Source: an uncultured Hyphomicrobiaceae bacterium
Lineage (GTDB): Bacteria; Pseudomonadota; Alphaproteobacteria; Rhizobiales; Hyphomicrobiaceae
DNA length: 64,000 nt
Direction of reading: 5' to 3'
NCBI GenBank assembly: GCA_964389095.1
Contig: CAYMEB010000001.1
Location: forward strand, 31,594 to 95,593
The notes beneath the pieces were generated by a model. That model searched no databases. It was not told the DNA's origin and saw only the letters and a list, made by a program, of their open reading frames with translations. Position numbers and translations under genes: made by a program. Positions 1 through 9,573 of this stretch are shown one piece after another; positions within the stretch are counted from its first letter, which is position 1; every line of letters starts with the position of its first letter.

Positions 1-774
1 GTCCATCCGTGCGGCCTCGAGCAGTTCGTCCGGGATCGTCAGCATGTACTGTCGCAGCAAGAATACACCGGTCGGGGTCGCCACCGCGGGGATGATCACG
101 CCCCAAAGCGAATTGAACATCCCCAGGGCCTGGACGGTGAGGAACAGGGGCACCAGGATGACCGTCGGCGGGATCAGCAGCGTTGCGATGATCAGCACGA
201 CGATGCCGTCGCGGCCGCGGAACTTGTACTTCGAGAGTGCAAAGCCGGCCATGGCATTGATCAGCAGGGTGATCAGTGTCGCGACGACGGTGACGAAGGT
301 GGAGTTCCAGAAGTAGCGCAGGAAGTTGAAGGTGCGCGTCTGCGTCGAGCCGAGCGTCGGCTCGGTATAGTTTTGAAAACGCGGGGAGAGCACGTCCCTG
401 CGCACGATCGTGTCGCGGGGGACCTCGAACGTCTCCGAGGGCTTGGCAAGGTCGAAGACCACGGCATTGCGTCCACGCGGGGCGACGAGCGCCACATCGG
501 TCTTGCTGCCGTCCGCGCGAGTGAGGATGAAGACGCCCAGCGTCCTGCCGTTCCCGTCGGTTACCGTGAGCTGATCGTAGGGCAGCAGCCGCGGATCGTT
601 CTCGACCAGCGCACGCTGTGATTTGATCGACGAGAATCCCATCCAGACCACGGGGAGCAGGACGATCAGGACGCCGAGCACGAGGTAGGCGTAAGCGAGC
701 AAATCGGTCCAGTGGAGCTGCTCGCGGCCGCGCCGGCGGGTGAAGAAGGATGATACGTCGCCCGAGGTGATCAT
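1..774 (-). CDS. Carbohydrate ABC transporter permease (MalG/UgpE type), C-terminus beyond window edge
   Basis: Absent from the ORF track because it is open at the window edge. My reverse-strand translation from ATG 774 reads MITSGDVSSFFTRRRGRE... and ends ...LLRQYMLTIPDELLEAARMD (EAA-loop motif). ATGA overlap with the upstream permease stop (771-774). Confidence 0.8.
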   Translation of the reverse strand, partial: MITSGDVSSFFTRRRGREQLHWTDLLAYAYLVLGVLIVLLPVVWMGFSSIKSQRALVENDPRLLPYDQLTVTDGNGRTLGVFILTRADGSKTDVALVAPRGRNAVVFDLAKPSETFEVPRDTIVRRDVLSPRFQNYTEPTLGSTQTRTFNFLRYFWNSTFVTVVATLITLLINAMAGFALSKYKFRGRDGIVVLIIATLLIPPTVILVPLFLTVQALGMFNSLWGVIIPAVATPTGVFLLRQYMLTIPDELLEAARMD

Positions 775-2030
775 CCGCCCGCCTTTCTGCGCGTCAGCGC
801 GAGTTGGACGAGCGTCAGGAACAACAGGGCGCCCGCGACCAGCACGGAGGACGCGGCGGCCACGCCGTAGCGCTTGGCGTCACCGATGAACGCCATTTCG
901 TAGATGTGCTGCACGATCATCTTGGTCGCCTGTCCGGGCCCGCCGCCGGTCAGCACGTAGACCTCGTCGAACACCTGGAACGCCTTGATCAGCGACAGCA
1001 CCAACACGACGATCAGCGTCGGCATCAGCAACGGCAGCGTGATGCGGAACAATTGCCGCGTCTTCGAGGTGCCGTCCATTTCAGCGGCTTCATAGAGGTC
1101 CTTGGGGATCGCCTGCAGTCCGGCGAGCAGGATCAGCATGTAGAAGCCGAGATGCGCCCAGGTATAGACGAAGATCACCCAGAACATCGGCCAGCCCGAG
1201 CGGACGTCGATCAGCCAGTTGACGGGGCGGTAATCGGGGAGGGTCAGAAGACCGCTGCGAGCGAGAAAGACAGCCCCGACGCCCAGGCTGATCGCAAAGA
1301 CATTTTCGAACATGCGAGGCAGCAACTTCGCCTTCTCCGGGTGCATCACGGGCAAGAAGCGCAGCGCAACCAGTGTGACGAACTTAGCTGGCACTTTACC
1401 CACCATCGCTCCGGCGACGAATGGGAGCCACAGTGTGTTCATGCCTGCGTTCCACCACTCGATGCCGCTATCGAGTAGTGCGTTGAGTATGCCCCGCCGC
1501 TTGAGGATCCAGTCCCAGATCACCGCGACGACCACCGGCGACAGCATCACCGGATAGAAGTACACCGCACGCCAGAACCCGCGTGCACGGATCTCGCGGT
1601 TGAGCACCATCGCCGTCGCCAGCGCGACGACGATCATCACCGGCACCTGCACGACAGCGAAGAACAGCGTGTTCCACACACCTGTCCAGAACGAGAAGCC
1701 GGCGACGGGGCAGGTCTTCGGGTCGAGATAGCTGGGGCAGGCCAGAAGCTCGCGGAAATTGTCGAGGCCGACGAACGGCCGTTGCGCGACCAGGGCCGAG
1801 GTTCCGCCCGTGAAGGCGATGTAGAAATTGAGGATCATCGGCCAGAACGTGAAGATGCCGAACACCGCGAGGTTCGGCAACACGAACACGTAGGCCAAGC
1901 GGTGTGTGCCGATATGGCGCTGGAGCGCCCGCAGCGGCACATCGAGGACGTTGCCCAGACCCGTCCAAACGGCGGCGAGCGGCGCGCCTAGGCCGCCGCT
2001 CGCCCTTGTCGTGTCGGGCCCACTGGTCAT
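771..2030 (-). CDS. Carbohydrate ABC transporter permease (MalF/UgpA type)
   Basis: ORF 771..2159. Multi-pass membrane sequence with ...YEAAEMDGTSKTRQLFRITLPLL (EAA loop). Start moved to M44 (MTSGPDT, 2030) so it follows the binding-protein stop at 2056. Confidence 0.85.
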   Translation of the reverse strand: MTSGPDTTRASGGLGAPLAAVWTGLGNVLDVPLRALQRHIGTHRLAYVFVLPNLAVFGIFTFWPMILNFYIAFTGGTSALVAQRPFVGLDNFRELLACPSYLDPKTCPVAGFSFWTGVWNTLFFAVVQVPVMIVVALATAMVLNREIRARGFWRAVYFYPVMLSPVVVAVIWDWILKRRGILNALLDSGIEWWNAGMNTLWLPFVAGAMVGKVPAKFVTLVALRFLPVMHPEKAKLLPRMFENVFAISLGVGAVFLARSGLLTLPDYRPVNWLIDVRSGWPMFWVIFVYTWAHLGFYMLILLAGLQAIPKDLYEAAEMDGTSKTRQLFRITLPLLMPTLIVVLVLSLIKAFQVFDEVYVLTGGGPGQATKMIVQHIYEMAFIGDAKRYGVAAASSVLVAGALLFLTLVQLALTRRKAGG

Positions 2031-2055
2031 GACGCAGATACCGCCTGCGCGGCGG

Positions 2056-3339
2056 TCACTTCTTGACCGCGTTGTCGATCTCTTCCTGGATCTTCTTGTA
2101 GGCGTCCGGCAGCGTGAGGCCGCCGGTGATGGCCTGGGCGACGTAGTTGACCGTCGCATTGAAGATCGCGACGTTGCGTTGATAGGCCTGCAGCGCGTGT
2201 GCGGGCGGCAGGATCTTGGCGAAGTCCGCCGTGAACTGCTTGAGCGCGGCCTGTGTCTGCGGCGTCACCTCGTTGCCGTAGGTCAACCCTTTCTCGGCGA
2301 TCCCCTTGTGCGCGGGGATCTGCACGGTGCGCTCGTAGTACTCCTTGAGGATAGGTTCGGAGGCCATGAACTGCATGACCTTGCCGACCTCGGCGGGGTG
2401 CTTGGTGCCCTTGAAAGCGACCATGGCCGCGCCACCCGGCATCGCCGAACAGCCCGCGGGGCCGCACGGTCCGGGGGCTACGATCCACTCGAATTTCTGA
2501 CCGATGTCGGTCACGTATTTCTGGATCATCCACGAGCCGGCGATGTGCATCGCCACGTCGCCATTGATGAACATGTCACCCGCGTTCTTCCACTTGGCGC
2601 CCGAAGCACCCGGCCAGATGTCCGGCGGCATCAGCCCTTCCTTGTGCCACTGCACCATCCGTTCCGCTGTCGCCTTGAAACCGTCGTCGACGACGTTGGA
2701 GGGGTTGCCCTGGACGTCGAAGTACTTGGCGCCCATCGAGACCGACATGCCTGCGAAGCGGTGGCCGGTCCGGTCCATGGCCATGCCGGCGTAGATCTTG
2801 CCCTTCTTCTGGACGTCCGCGATCGCCTTCGCCCAGTCGTCCCAGCTTGCGCCGGCGGCTGGGAGGTTCACGCCCGCCTGGTCGAACATGGTCTTGTTGA
2901 CGAACGCACCGGTGACGGTGAGCTGCGTCATGAACCCGTAGATACCCTTGTCGTCCTTGCCGACGCGCATCCAGGGCAATGTGGAGGCGAAGTTCGTCTC
3001 CCATTCCGCTGCGTTGATGTGCGGCGTCAGGTCCAGATAATACTTGTTCAGGCCGCCGAGGTTGGTCACGCGCGCCATGTCGGGCGCTTCACCTGCCTGA
3101 AGGCGCGTTTCCAACTGCTCGCGAATGACGGCGAATCCGACCTTGTCGACCGTCACCTTGATGTTCGGGTTCGCTTTCTCGAAACGGTCGAGCAGATCCC
3201 GGGCAACGTCGCACTCGTTCGCATCGGCGTAGCAGAGGTAACGCAGATTCACCGTCTGCGCGGAAGCGCCGGATGCAAGGGCAATTCCTGCCGCAGCCAG
3301 TGCACCTGCCACAAAGCGGCGGCCGAACGTGAATGACAT
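2056..3339 (-). CDS. ABC transporter extracellular solute-binding protein (family 1, sugar type)
   Basis: 427 aa. Signal peptide MSFTFGRRFVAGALAAAGIALASGASAQ. Length and composition are typical of sugar SBPs. It is the first gene of the SBP-permease-permease operon. Confidence 0.9.
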   Translation of the reverse strand: MSFTFGRRFVAGALAAAGIALASGASAQTVNLRYLCYADANECDVARDLLDRFEKANPNIKVTVDKVGFAVIREQLETRLQAGEAPDMARVTNLGGLNKYYLDLTPHINAAEWETNFASTLPWMRVGKDDKGIYGFMTQLTVTGAFVNKTMFDQAGVNLPAAGASWDDWAKAIADVQKKGKIYAGMAMDRTGHRFAGMSVSMGAKYFDVQGNPSNVVDDGFKATAERMVQWHKEGLMPPDIWPGASGAKWKNAGDMFINGDVAMHIAGSWMIQKYVTDIGQKFEWIVAPGPCGPAGCSAMPGGAAMVAFKGTKHPAEVGKVMQFMASEPILKEYYERTVQIPAHKGIAEKGLTYGNEVTPQTQAALKQFTADFAKILPPAHALQAYQRNVAIFNATVNYVAQAITGGLTLPDAYKKIQEEIDNAVKK

Positions 3340-3466
3340 TGCTTTCCTCCATCGTCACAATCTTATGAGTTTGCGCGATAATTGGCAGCGGATGGGAGCC
3401 GGTGTCAATCTGTACGGAAACGGCCCCACACGCTCGGCCGGTGTTCAGGCCAAGGCGATTGCGAGT

Positions 3467-4387
3467 ATGCGACCTTCAGAGGACATTTCCGGCGACCGCC
3501 GCCGCCATCGTCTCGCCCAGCTGTTGGGCGGCTTCGCCGCGTCCAGCTTTTCCGTGGTCTCGCGGCATGCGCTGCAAACGACGCTGCCGGGAACGCGGCT
3601 CGAACTCCTTCGCCTGCGACGATCGGATGGCGCAGACGTCCGCGCGATTCTGTCGGGGCCGCTGGGCGCGTGGCGTAGCTGTCCTGCGGTGCTCTACTGC
3701 CACGCCCATGGGAATCGCTACGACATCGGAGCCGGAGAGTTGATGGCCGGGCGACCCGCTCTGATGTCGCCACCCTATGCGCAGGCCCTCGCCGCGCGCG
3801 GGGTCGTGGCTCTGTGCATCGACCTGCCTTGCTTCGGCGAGCGACAGGGCGAAACCGAAGCCGCTGCCGCGAAACGTCATCTGTGGCATGGAACGACGCT
3901 GTTCGGGGAAATGCTTCAGGATCTGGCCGGCGCATTGTCGGTCGTTGCCGAGTTGGACGGCGTGGATGTTCGACGCATCAGCGCGTTCGGCATTTCGATG
4001 GGCGCGACGCTGTCGTTCTGGCTCGCGGCGCTCGACGCACGGATTGCCGGCGTCGCTCAGCTGTGCTGCTTCGCGGATCTGGAGACGCTCGTGTCGCTCG
4101 GTGCCCACGACCTGCACGGGATCTACATGACGGTCCCCGGTCTTCTGCCCCAGATGCGGACGGGGGAGATCGCAGGAATGGTCGCCCCGAGGCCGCAAGT
4201 CATCGGCATCGGTCTCAAGGATCCGCTCACGCCACCGGCCGCTCTGGAGCGTGCCCTCGTGGATGTCCGCAGCCGTTATGCACACCTGGGTGCCAGCGAC
4301 CGGTTGAGGATCATTTTGGCGCCGGACGTGGCGCACGTCGAGACGCAGGAAATGCGCGATGCGGCGATCGCACTGGCCTGCAGGTGA
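3467..4387 (+). CDS. Alpha/beta hydrolase (dienelactone hydrolase / esterase-like)
   Basis: ORF 3329..4387. GxSxG nucleophile elbow (FGISMGAT) and the LYCHAHG... pattern. Start is ambiguous (ATG at 3365, 3392 or 3467). 3329 would overlap the divergent SBP start. Confidence 0.7.
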   Translation: MRPSEDISGDRRRHRLAQLLGGFAASSFSVVSRHALQTTLPGTRLELLRLRRSDGADVRAILSGPLGAWRSCPAVLYCHAHGNRYDIGAGELMAGRPALMSPPYAQALAARGVVALCIDLPCFGERQGETEAAAAKRHLWHGTTLFGEMLQDLAGALSVVAELDGVDVRRISAFGISMGATLSFWLAALDARIAGVAQLCCFADLETLVSLGAHDLHGIYMTVPGLLPQMRTGEIAGMVAPRPQVIGIGLKDPLTPPAALERALVDVRSRYAHLGASDRLRIILAPDVAHVETQEMRDAAIALACR

Positions 4388-4492
4388 AGGATTGGGCAAG
4401 ACGCGATCGAACTGCCGTCTTGCTGCAAGGGATCGGTTCTATCGAACGTGAGCGGGCCTGGCGCCGCGTGCGCCCGCAGGAGGTCTGCAGCC

Positions 4493-4900
4493 TTACCCGC
4501 GTTTGGCGTCGGCCCGGATGCGCTGCACCATCGAGGCTAGGCCGTTGGAGCGCTGCGGTGTGAGGTGCTCCTTGAGGCCGAGGTCCGCGAAGACGCGGTC
4601 GGCATCGATGTCGAGGATCTCGGACGGTGTCTTGTCCTGGTAGAGTGCGAACAGGATGGCGACGAGGCCTTTGACGATGTGGGCATCGCTGTCGCCCTCG
4701 AATTGAAGCGCTCCCGGCCGCAGGCTCGATGGCCGGCTGGCGAGCCAAACCTGCGAGGCGCAGCCGCGCACCTTGTTCTCGTCGGTGCGCAGTTGAGAGG
4801 GCAGTGCCGGCAACGCGCGGCCGAGTTCGATCACATAGCGGTAGCGCTCCTCCCAATTGTCCAGGAGGGCGAAGTCGGAACGGATGGCGTCGATGGTCAT
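4493..4900 (-). CDS. sufE: Cysteine desulfuration protein SufE
   Basis: NWEERYRYVIELG...VRGCASQVWL...GDSDAHIVKGL...HLTPQRSNGL matches the SufE family along its length. Start taken at M7. Confidence 0.85.
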   Translation of the reverse strand: MTIDAIRSDFALLDNWEERYRYVIELGRALPALPSQLRTDENKVRGCASQVWLASRPSSLRPGALQFEGDSDAHIVKGLVAILFALYQDKTPSEILDIDADRVFADLGLKEHLTPQRSNGLASMVQRIRADAKRG

Positions 4901-4962
4901 GACGGGGTGATCGCGCAAATGCGCGATCAGATCAAGTCGGCCGGGAACCCGGGCGTGAAGCC

Positions 4963-6372
4963 TCAGGCCCGTTCGTGCATCTTGAAGTACAGCCCGCCGC
5001 GCGGCGTCAGGGTCACCGTGGCGTTGATGCCGGGATGCTCGCTCGCGGGCGTCCCGACCCCGTTGCCTACGTACTCCGGCTGGAACCGCCGCAGCAGCAT
5101 GGACAGGGCGAGGGTGTTCTCGACCTGGCTCATGGCGCCGCCGATGCAGGAGCGCTTGCCGCCGCCGAACGGAATGTAGGTGTATGGCTTGCGCTTCTTG
5201 GCAGCCTCGCCCAGCCAGCGCTCCGGACGGAAAGCTTCCGGTTCCTCCCAGTACTTCGGGGAGTGATGCGTTCCGTAGGCGAAGAGCACCACGCGGTCGC
5301 CGACCCGGATCTCCTTGCCGGCGATCTGGTCTGGCTTGTCGGCGACGCGGATAAGTCCCCAGATCGGCGGATAGATGCGCATCGTCTCCTGGATCACGGC
5401 GCGCGTATAGGCCAGAGCGCCGTAGTCCGCTGCCGTCGGCTCGCGGCTACCGTAGACCTCCTCGCCTTCCTTGCGGACGCGGGCGGCCATCTCGGGGTTG
5501 CGAGACATCTCGTAGAGCGCCCAGGCGAGCGTGAGGGCCGTGGTCTCTGTACCCGCCCACAAGTACTGCTTCAGCTCGTCGATCGCCTGCTGCTCGTCGA
5601 ACTCCGGTATCGTGGGGTCTGCGACGCAGGCCTCGATCATCTTCATCAGTGTGCGCTCGCGCATCTCGCGCGGGTTCGCCGCGATCACGGCGGGAGGCAC
5701 CGCCCCCCAGGCCTGCATAGCCTTGGCCGTGTCCTCTTCGGTGATCTCGAACTCCTCGCCCGACACCTTTTTCTGGCGCACCGCCTTGTGGTTCATCACA
5801 TCGGTGTAGGTCTTCACCGCCTTGAACACGACATGCGGGTTGAACGGCATGTCGCGATCGAACAGGGCCTTGCAGATCATATCGGCGGCGAGCGTCCAGG
5901 TCTGCTCGACCATCTCGAAGCTCTCGCCCGACTTGGCATAGTCCTCCCACAGCTTCATCTTCGAGCGGATCGCCTGCAGGAAATAGGGGATGTACTCGGC
6001 GAACATGTCGGGATGGAACGCCGGCTGTTGCGGCATGCGGATCTTCTGCCAGAGCGCGCCGTCGTGCGTGATCATCGACTCGCCGAAGATCGGCTTCAGT
6101 CCGTCGAAGTACTTGATGTAGTCGTCCGCCTTCGTCACCAAGACCCGCTTGAAGTGTTCGGGCTCGGACAGGAAGACGACGCGCTGGTTGCCGATGTTGA
6201 CGGAGATCACGCCGCCATAGCGCTCGGACAGCTCGAGGAGCGAACTCATTGGGTTCGCAGCCTCGCTTTTCTGGAGGGCGCTGAGCTTGAACCAGATGCT
6301 CTCCTGGTCGCCGAGCCCCTGGGCATGGGCGGCGGTCACGCCGTTCGGCTGTGTGGGGAGCGCGATGGTCAT
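4963..6372 (-). CDS. Cytochrome P450
   Basis: Heme-ligand loop FGGGKRSCIGGAM, ExxR (QETMRIYPP), FRPERW and the I-helix AGTETT. True start MTIALPTQ at 6372. The rest of ORF 4963..7227 is a GC-driven upstream extension. Confidence 0.9.
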   Translation of the reverse strand: MTIALPTQPNGVTAAHAQGLGDQESIWFKLSALQKSEAANPMSSLLELSERYGGVISVNIGNQRVVFLSEPEHFKRVLVTKADDYIKYFDGLKPIFGESMITHDGALWQKIRMPQQPAFHPDMFAEYIPYFLQAIRSKMKLWEDYAKSGESFEMVEQTWTLAADMICKALFDRDMPFNPHVVFKAVKTYTDVMNHKAVRQKKVSGEEFEITEEDTAKAMQAWGAVPPAVIAANPREMRERTLMKMIEACVADPTIPEFDEQQAIDELKQYLWAGTETTALTLAWALYEMSRNPEMAARVRKEGEEVYGSREPTAADYGALAYTRAVIQETMRIYPPIWGLIRVADKPDQIAGKEIRVGDRVVLFAYGTHHSPKYWEEPEAFRPERWLGEAAKKRKPYTYIPFGGGKRSCIGGAMSQVENTLALSMLLRRFQPEYVGNGVGTPASEHPGINATVTLTPRGGLYFKMHERA

Positions 6373-6883
6373 GGCGCGTAGCCTTTCGGTAGCGAGCTGC
6401 GGCCCGGCGGCGATGGCGGATTTGGGCCACCCGAACGCCGGACGGACACGGCTTCGTCCAGCACGAACCCGCGATGGGCGACCACCCCCCGCAGAAGTGC
6501 GGTCGAGGCGGCCCTCGTCTCGGCCGGATGGCGCCGTTGGTACCATCCGCATCAAAACCGTGTCCAGCGACGGGGCGTCGCTGCGACGCTCTGATCCGTG
6601 AAGCAGAGTTAACCGGCCCTGAAACGGATCGCGCGAGCCCGTGGATCGGGAGCCCCGATCGCAGGGGAAAGCGATGGTCGGGGGCTGCCGATGCACCGGC
6701 GGCACGCGTGCGATCGACAATGTCCCGCAAGCCGGGCCTGGCGTTCGGGCCCCTGGCTCTGGAGCGGGGTAGCGGAGGGAGCGCATATGGTCACCCGGAA
6801 GCCGGCGGGGGCTTGCCGTTCGCGGCGCAAGGGTGATGATCGCCAGGACGGGCAGCCGGGGCTGAGCCGAAAGGGGACCGAAG

Positions 6884-7852
6884 ATGACATACACCGTGCT
6901 TCTCACCGAGCCGATCCACGAGGCCGGGCTCGAAGCGCTGCGGGCCCGCCCGGACGTGGTCGTGGTCATGGGGCAGGGTCTGAGCAAGGCTGAGATGGCC
7001 CGCGCGATCGAAGGCGCCGACGCAATCGGAACGCGCGTGTACGAGCTGGCTGCCGACGTGCTCAGCCGTGCCAACGGACTGCGCGTCGTCGCCAAGCATG
7101 GCGTCGGTTGCGACAACATCGATGTCGCGCATTGCTCAGGGCGGAGGATACCCGTGATGATCACGGCGTCCGCGAACAAGATCTCCGTGGCCGAGCAGAC
7201 CATGATGATGATGCTCGCGCTCGCCAAGGATGCGGTCGGCTACGATCGCGCCGTGCGATCTGGAGACTGGCGGTATCGCTTCTCGCTGCGCGCGTTCGAG
7301 CTCGCCGGGCGAACCTTGCTCATCGTGGGCTTCGGGCGCATCGGCAGGGAGGTGGCGGCGCGCGCACGTGCATTCGGCATGCGGGTGCTGGTCAACGACA
7401 TCGCAATGGATGTCCATGCCGCGCGCGCGCTGGGATGCGAGGTCGTCGAGGACTTCCGCGCGCATCTCGGCAATGCGGACATACTCACACTGCATACGCC
7501 CAAGACCCAGGCGACGACCGGCATGATCGGCGCCGGCGAACTCGCCGCGATGCGGTCGGGTGCGCTGCTGATCAACTGCGCGCGGGGCGGCCTTGTGGAC
7601 GAGGACGCGCTGCGTCGTGCATTGGAGAACGGCCAACTCGGAGGGGCCGCTCTCGACGTCTTCGATCTGGAGCCGCTGCCGGCCGATCACCCGCTCTTGA
7701 AGCTGCCCAACGTACTGGTTTCACCGCACAGCGCGGGCTCGACCGCCGAGAGTGGCCGCCGCATGGCGCTGGATACGGCTCAGAACATCCTCGATGCGCT
7801 CGATGGCAAGCCCGATCCGGCCAACGTCTTCAACCCGGACGCGTTCGTCTGA
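6884..7852 (+). CDS. D-isomer-specific 2-hydroxyacid dehydrogenase (PGDH/glyoxylate-hydroxypyruvate reductase-like)
   Basis: NAD fold VGFGRIGREVA plus NCARGGLVDE...SPHSAG catalytic region. 322 aa. Confidence 0.9.
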   Translation: MTYTVLLTEPIHEAGLEALRARPDVVVVMGQGLSKAEMARAIEGADAIGTRVYELAADVLSRANGLRVVAKHGVGCDNIDVAHCSGRRIPVMITASANKISVAEQTMMMMLALAKDAVGYDRAVRSGDWRYRFSLRAFELAGRTLLIVGFGRIGREVAARARAFGMRVLVNDIAMDVHAARALGCEVVEDFRAHLGNADILTLHTPKTQATTGMIGAGELAAMRSGALLINCARGGLVDEDALRRALENGQLGGAALDVFDLEPLPADHPLLKLPNVLVSPHSAGSTAESGRRMALDTAQNILDALDGKPDPANVFNPDAFV

Positions 7853-8234
7853 GGCGTCGCCGGCACAGCAGCGCGAGCACGGCGCAGAAAATGCCCGACC
7901 CCAGATGGAAGGCGATGGCCCGTCTCGGACCGGCCGCGCCGTAAACGATGGCGGCGTCGGCGACGCACACCAGCGCACCCAGCGCGAGCCACACGACCAG
8001 CGCACGCCACTCCTTGAGCGCGGCCAGGGCGACGGCCAGCAGGCCCAGCCAGATGTCGCGTGCGGCCACCACGGCATGAAGTGCTGGAATTGCTGCAGGG
8101 TCCCTCAGGCCGAAGAAGGCACGCGCTCGCTCTGGATCGAGCCAGAATCTCAGGCCGATCGCTGTGAGCGCGATGCCGACCAGCGCCGCACCGGCGGCGA
8201 CCAAGACCTCGCGGCGGCGGTGGGGTTGTGACAC
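7830..8234 (-). CDS. Small integral membrane protein (DUF4267-like)
   Basis: 134 aa with four hydrophobic helices. The family name is from memory of similar small hydrophobic proteins. Convergent 23-nt overlap with the dehydrogenase 3' end. Confidence 0.5.
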   Translation of the reverse strand: MSQPHRRREVLVAAGAALVGIALTAIGLRFWLDPERARAFFGLRDPAAIPALHAVVAARDIWLGLLAVALAALKEWRALVVWLALGALVCVADAAIVYGAAGPRRAIAFHLGSGIFCAVLALLCRRRLRRTRPG

Positions 8235-8256
8235 GGTGCGCCAGCCAGGCAGGGGT

Positions 8257-8829
8257 TCAGACGCCGAGCGCGCGTAGCGTGGCCGGTCCCGCGACGCCGT
8301 CGGCTTTCAGGCCCTGCTTTCGCTGGAAATCGCGGACTGCCGCCAGCGTGCTCTTTCCGTAGCGGCCGTCGATGTCGACTCGAAGGCCTTTGCGCTTGAG
8401 GATGTCCTGCAGGCGGCGCACGTCGCTGCCCTTGTCGCCGCGGCGCAGTGTAGTCTTGATCTGACCGCCGACCGCGGCGGCGCGAACCGCCGTGACGGCA
8501 GCAGCCTGGGCCGCAGCCGATGGATCTACGACGGTGACGCGGCTGCGGCGGGCGAAGAGCACCTCGCCGTTGAAGTGGACTGGGCATGCCTGGGAGGAGC
8601 AAGTCCCGGCGCCTTTCAGGGTGCGGGTCTGCCAGATCGTGTATTCGATCCGGTCCGCGAGACCTTCGCCGTTGCGCAAAGTGCTGCCGGCCTTGATCTC
8701 GATGAGTTTGTCGCGGGCATCGAACGTGGGCGGGGGAATCTGCTGAGCCAGCGCCGGCAATGCCAGAGCGCTCAGGACGACCGTGGGCCAGAAGGCGGCC
8801 GGCAATCGGAGACAACGTCGCTCGGGCAT
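8257..8829 (-). CDS. Secreted peptidoglycan-binding domain protein
   Basis: Signal peptide ...ALALPALAQQ. C-terminal PG_binding_1-type repeat (VRRLQDILKRKGLRVDIDGRYGKSTLAAVRDFQRKQGLKADGVAGPATLRAL). Confidence 0.75.
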   Translation of the reverse strand: MPERRCLRLPAAFWPTVVLSALALPALAQQIPPPTFDARDKLIEIKAGSTLRNGEGLADRIEYTIWQTRTLKGAGTCSSQACPVHFNGEVLFARRSRVTVVDPSAAAQAAAVTAVRAAAVGGQIKTTLRRGDKGSDVRRLQDILKRKGLRVDIDGRYGKSTLAAVRDFQRKQGLKADGVAGPATLRALGV

Positions 8830-9171
8830 ATGTGTACCTGGTCACACGGAGAGTGCACATGCCGGGAACCGGTCCCGGGCGGGGCCGCCTGACGGTCTGC
8901 CCCTTCGATCACCCAATCTGCAGCATCAAGGTGTAGAAAGCGTGACCTGGTGTCCCGCCGACCGAGCTGTGGGCAAATCCAAGACCGCTGCCGAGGCCCC
9001 GTCTGATAATCATTTGACTGATAAAGGGTATCGGGGTTTTGCCGCGCCGGATCGTGCCGCCTGAAAACCGTTTGTTAACGTCTCGGGGCCACTTTCGATC
9101 GCGGATAGGCCCCCAGGGCACCTCAGGTGATCCGGGGATTGGCGGTTCGCGCCTGGTGCAAGGAACGGATC

Positions 9172-9537
9172 ATGAAACATTGCCTTGTGGTCGACGACAG
9201 CGACGTCGTGCGAAAGGTCGCCAGTCGCATCCTGGAAACGATGGATTACATCTGTCTGGAGGCCGCCAACGGCAACGAGGCGCTCGAGACGTGCAGGCGC
9301 TCGATGCCCGATCTGATCGTGATCGATTCGGTGATGCCGGAGATGAGCGGGCTCGATCTCATTCCCGCCCTGCGCATGACGCCGGACGGCGCGCGCGCGA
9401 AGATCATCTACTGCACGGCAGAGAACGATCCGGTCGAGATCGAGCGCGCCTATGAACTCGGCGCCGACGACTACCTCCTCAAGCCGTTCGATCGGGTCAC
9501 GCTCTCGAACGTCCTGGGCGAATTTGACGGGCGGTGA
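9172..9537 (+). CDS. Single-domain (CheY-like) response regulator
   Basis: MKHCLVVDDSDVV...DLIVIDSVMPEMSGLDL...LLKPF receiver motifs. AAGGAA SD upstream of ATG 9172. No output domain. Confidence 0.85.
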   Translation: MKHCLVVDDSDVVRKVASRILETMDYICLEAANGNEALETCRRSMPDLIVIDSVMPEMSGLDLIPALRMTPDGARAKIIYCTAENDPVEIERAYELGADDYLLKPFDRVTLSNVLGEFDGR

Positions 9538-9573
9538 CGGCCCTCGCGTAAGGTCGGGCGATCCCGCCTGTCC

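Noticed and set aside
6750-6883. Fragments reminiscent of a glycine riboswitch upstream of the 2-hydroxyacid dehydrogenase: CTCTGGAG at 6757, CACCCGGAAGCC, CGCCAGGACGGGCAG.
   Set aside because: I could not build the required P1 pairing (GCTCTG would need CAGAGC, and CAGCCG is present). The conserved GGAGAG/CUCUC and CACCGAAGGGGCAA elements are only partly matched. A cmsearch with RF00504 would settle it, and I expect no hit.
4963-7227. N-terminal extensions of listed ORFs. Examples: 4963-7227 versus the P450 start at 6372, 9574-10962, 38554-40452, 54006-56336, 56096-57745, 32585-33781, 36323-37222, 25823-27163.
   Set aside because: The extensions overlap neighbouring genes or spacers, are compositionally non-protein-like, and internal starts with SD sequences reproduce the normal family N-termini and lengths.
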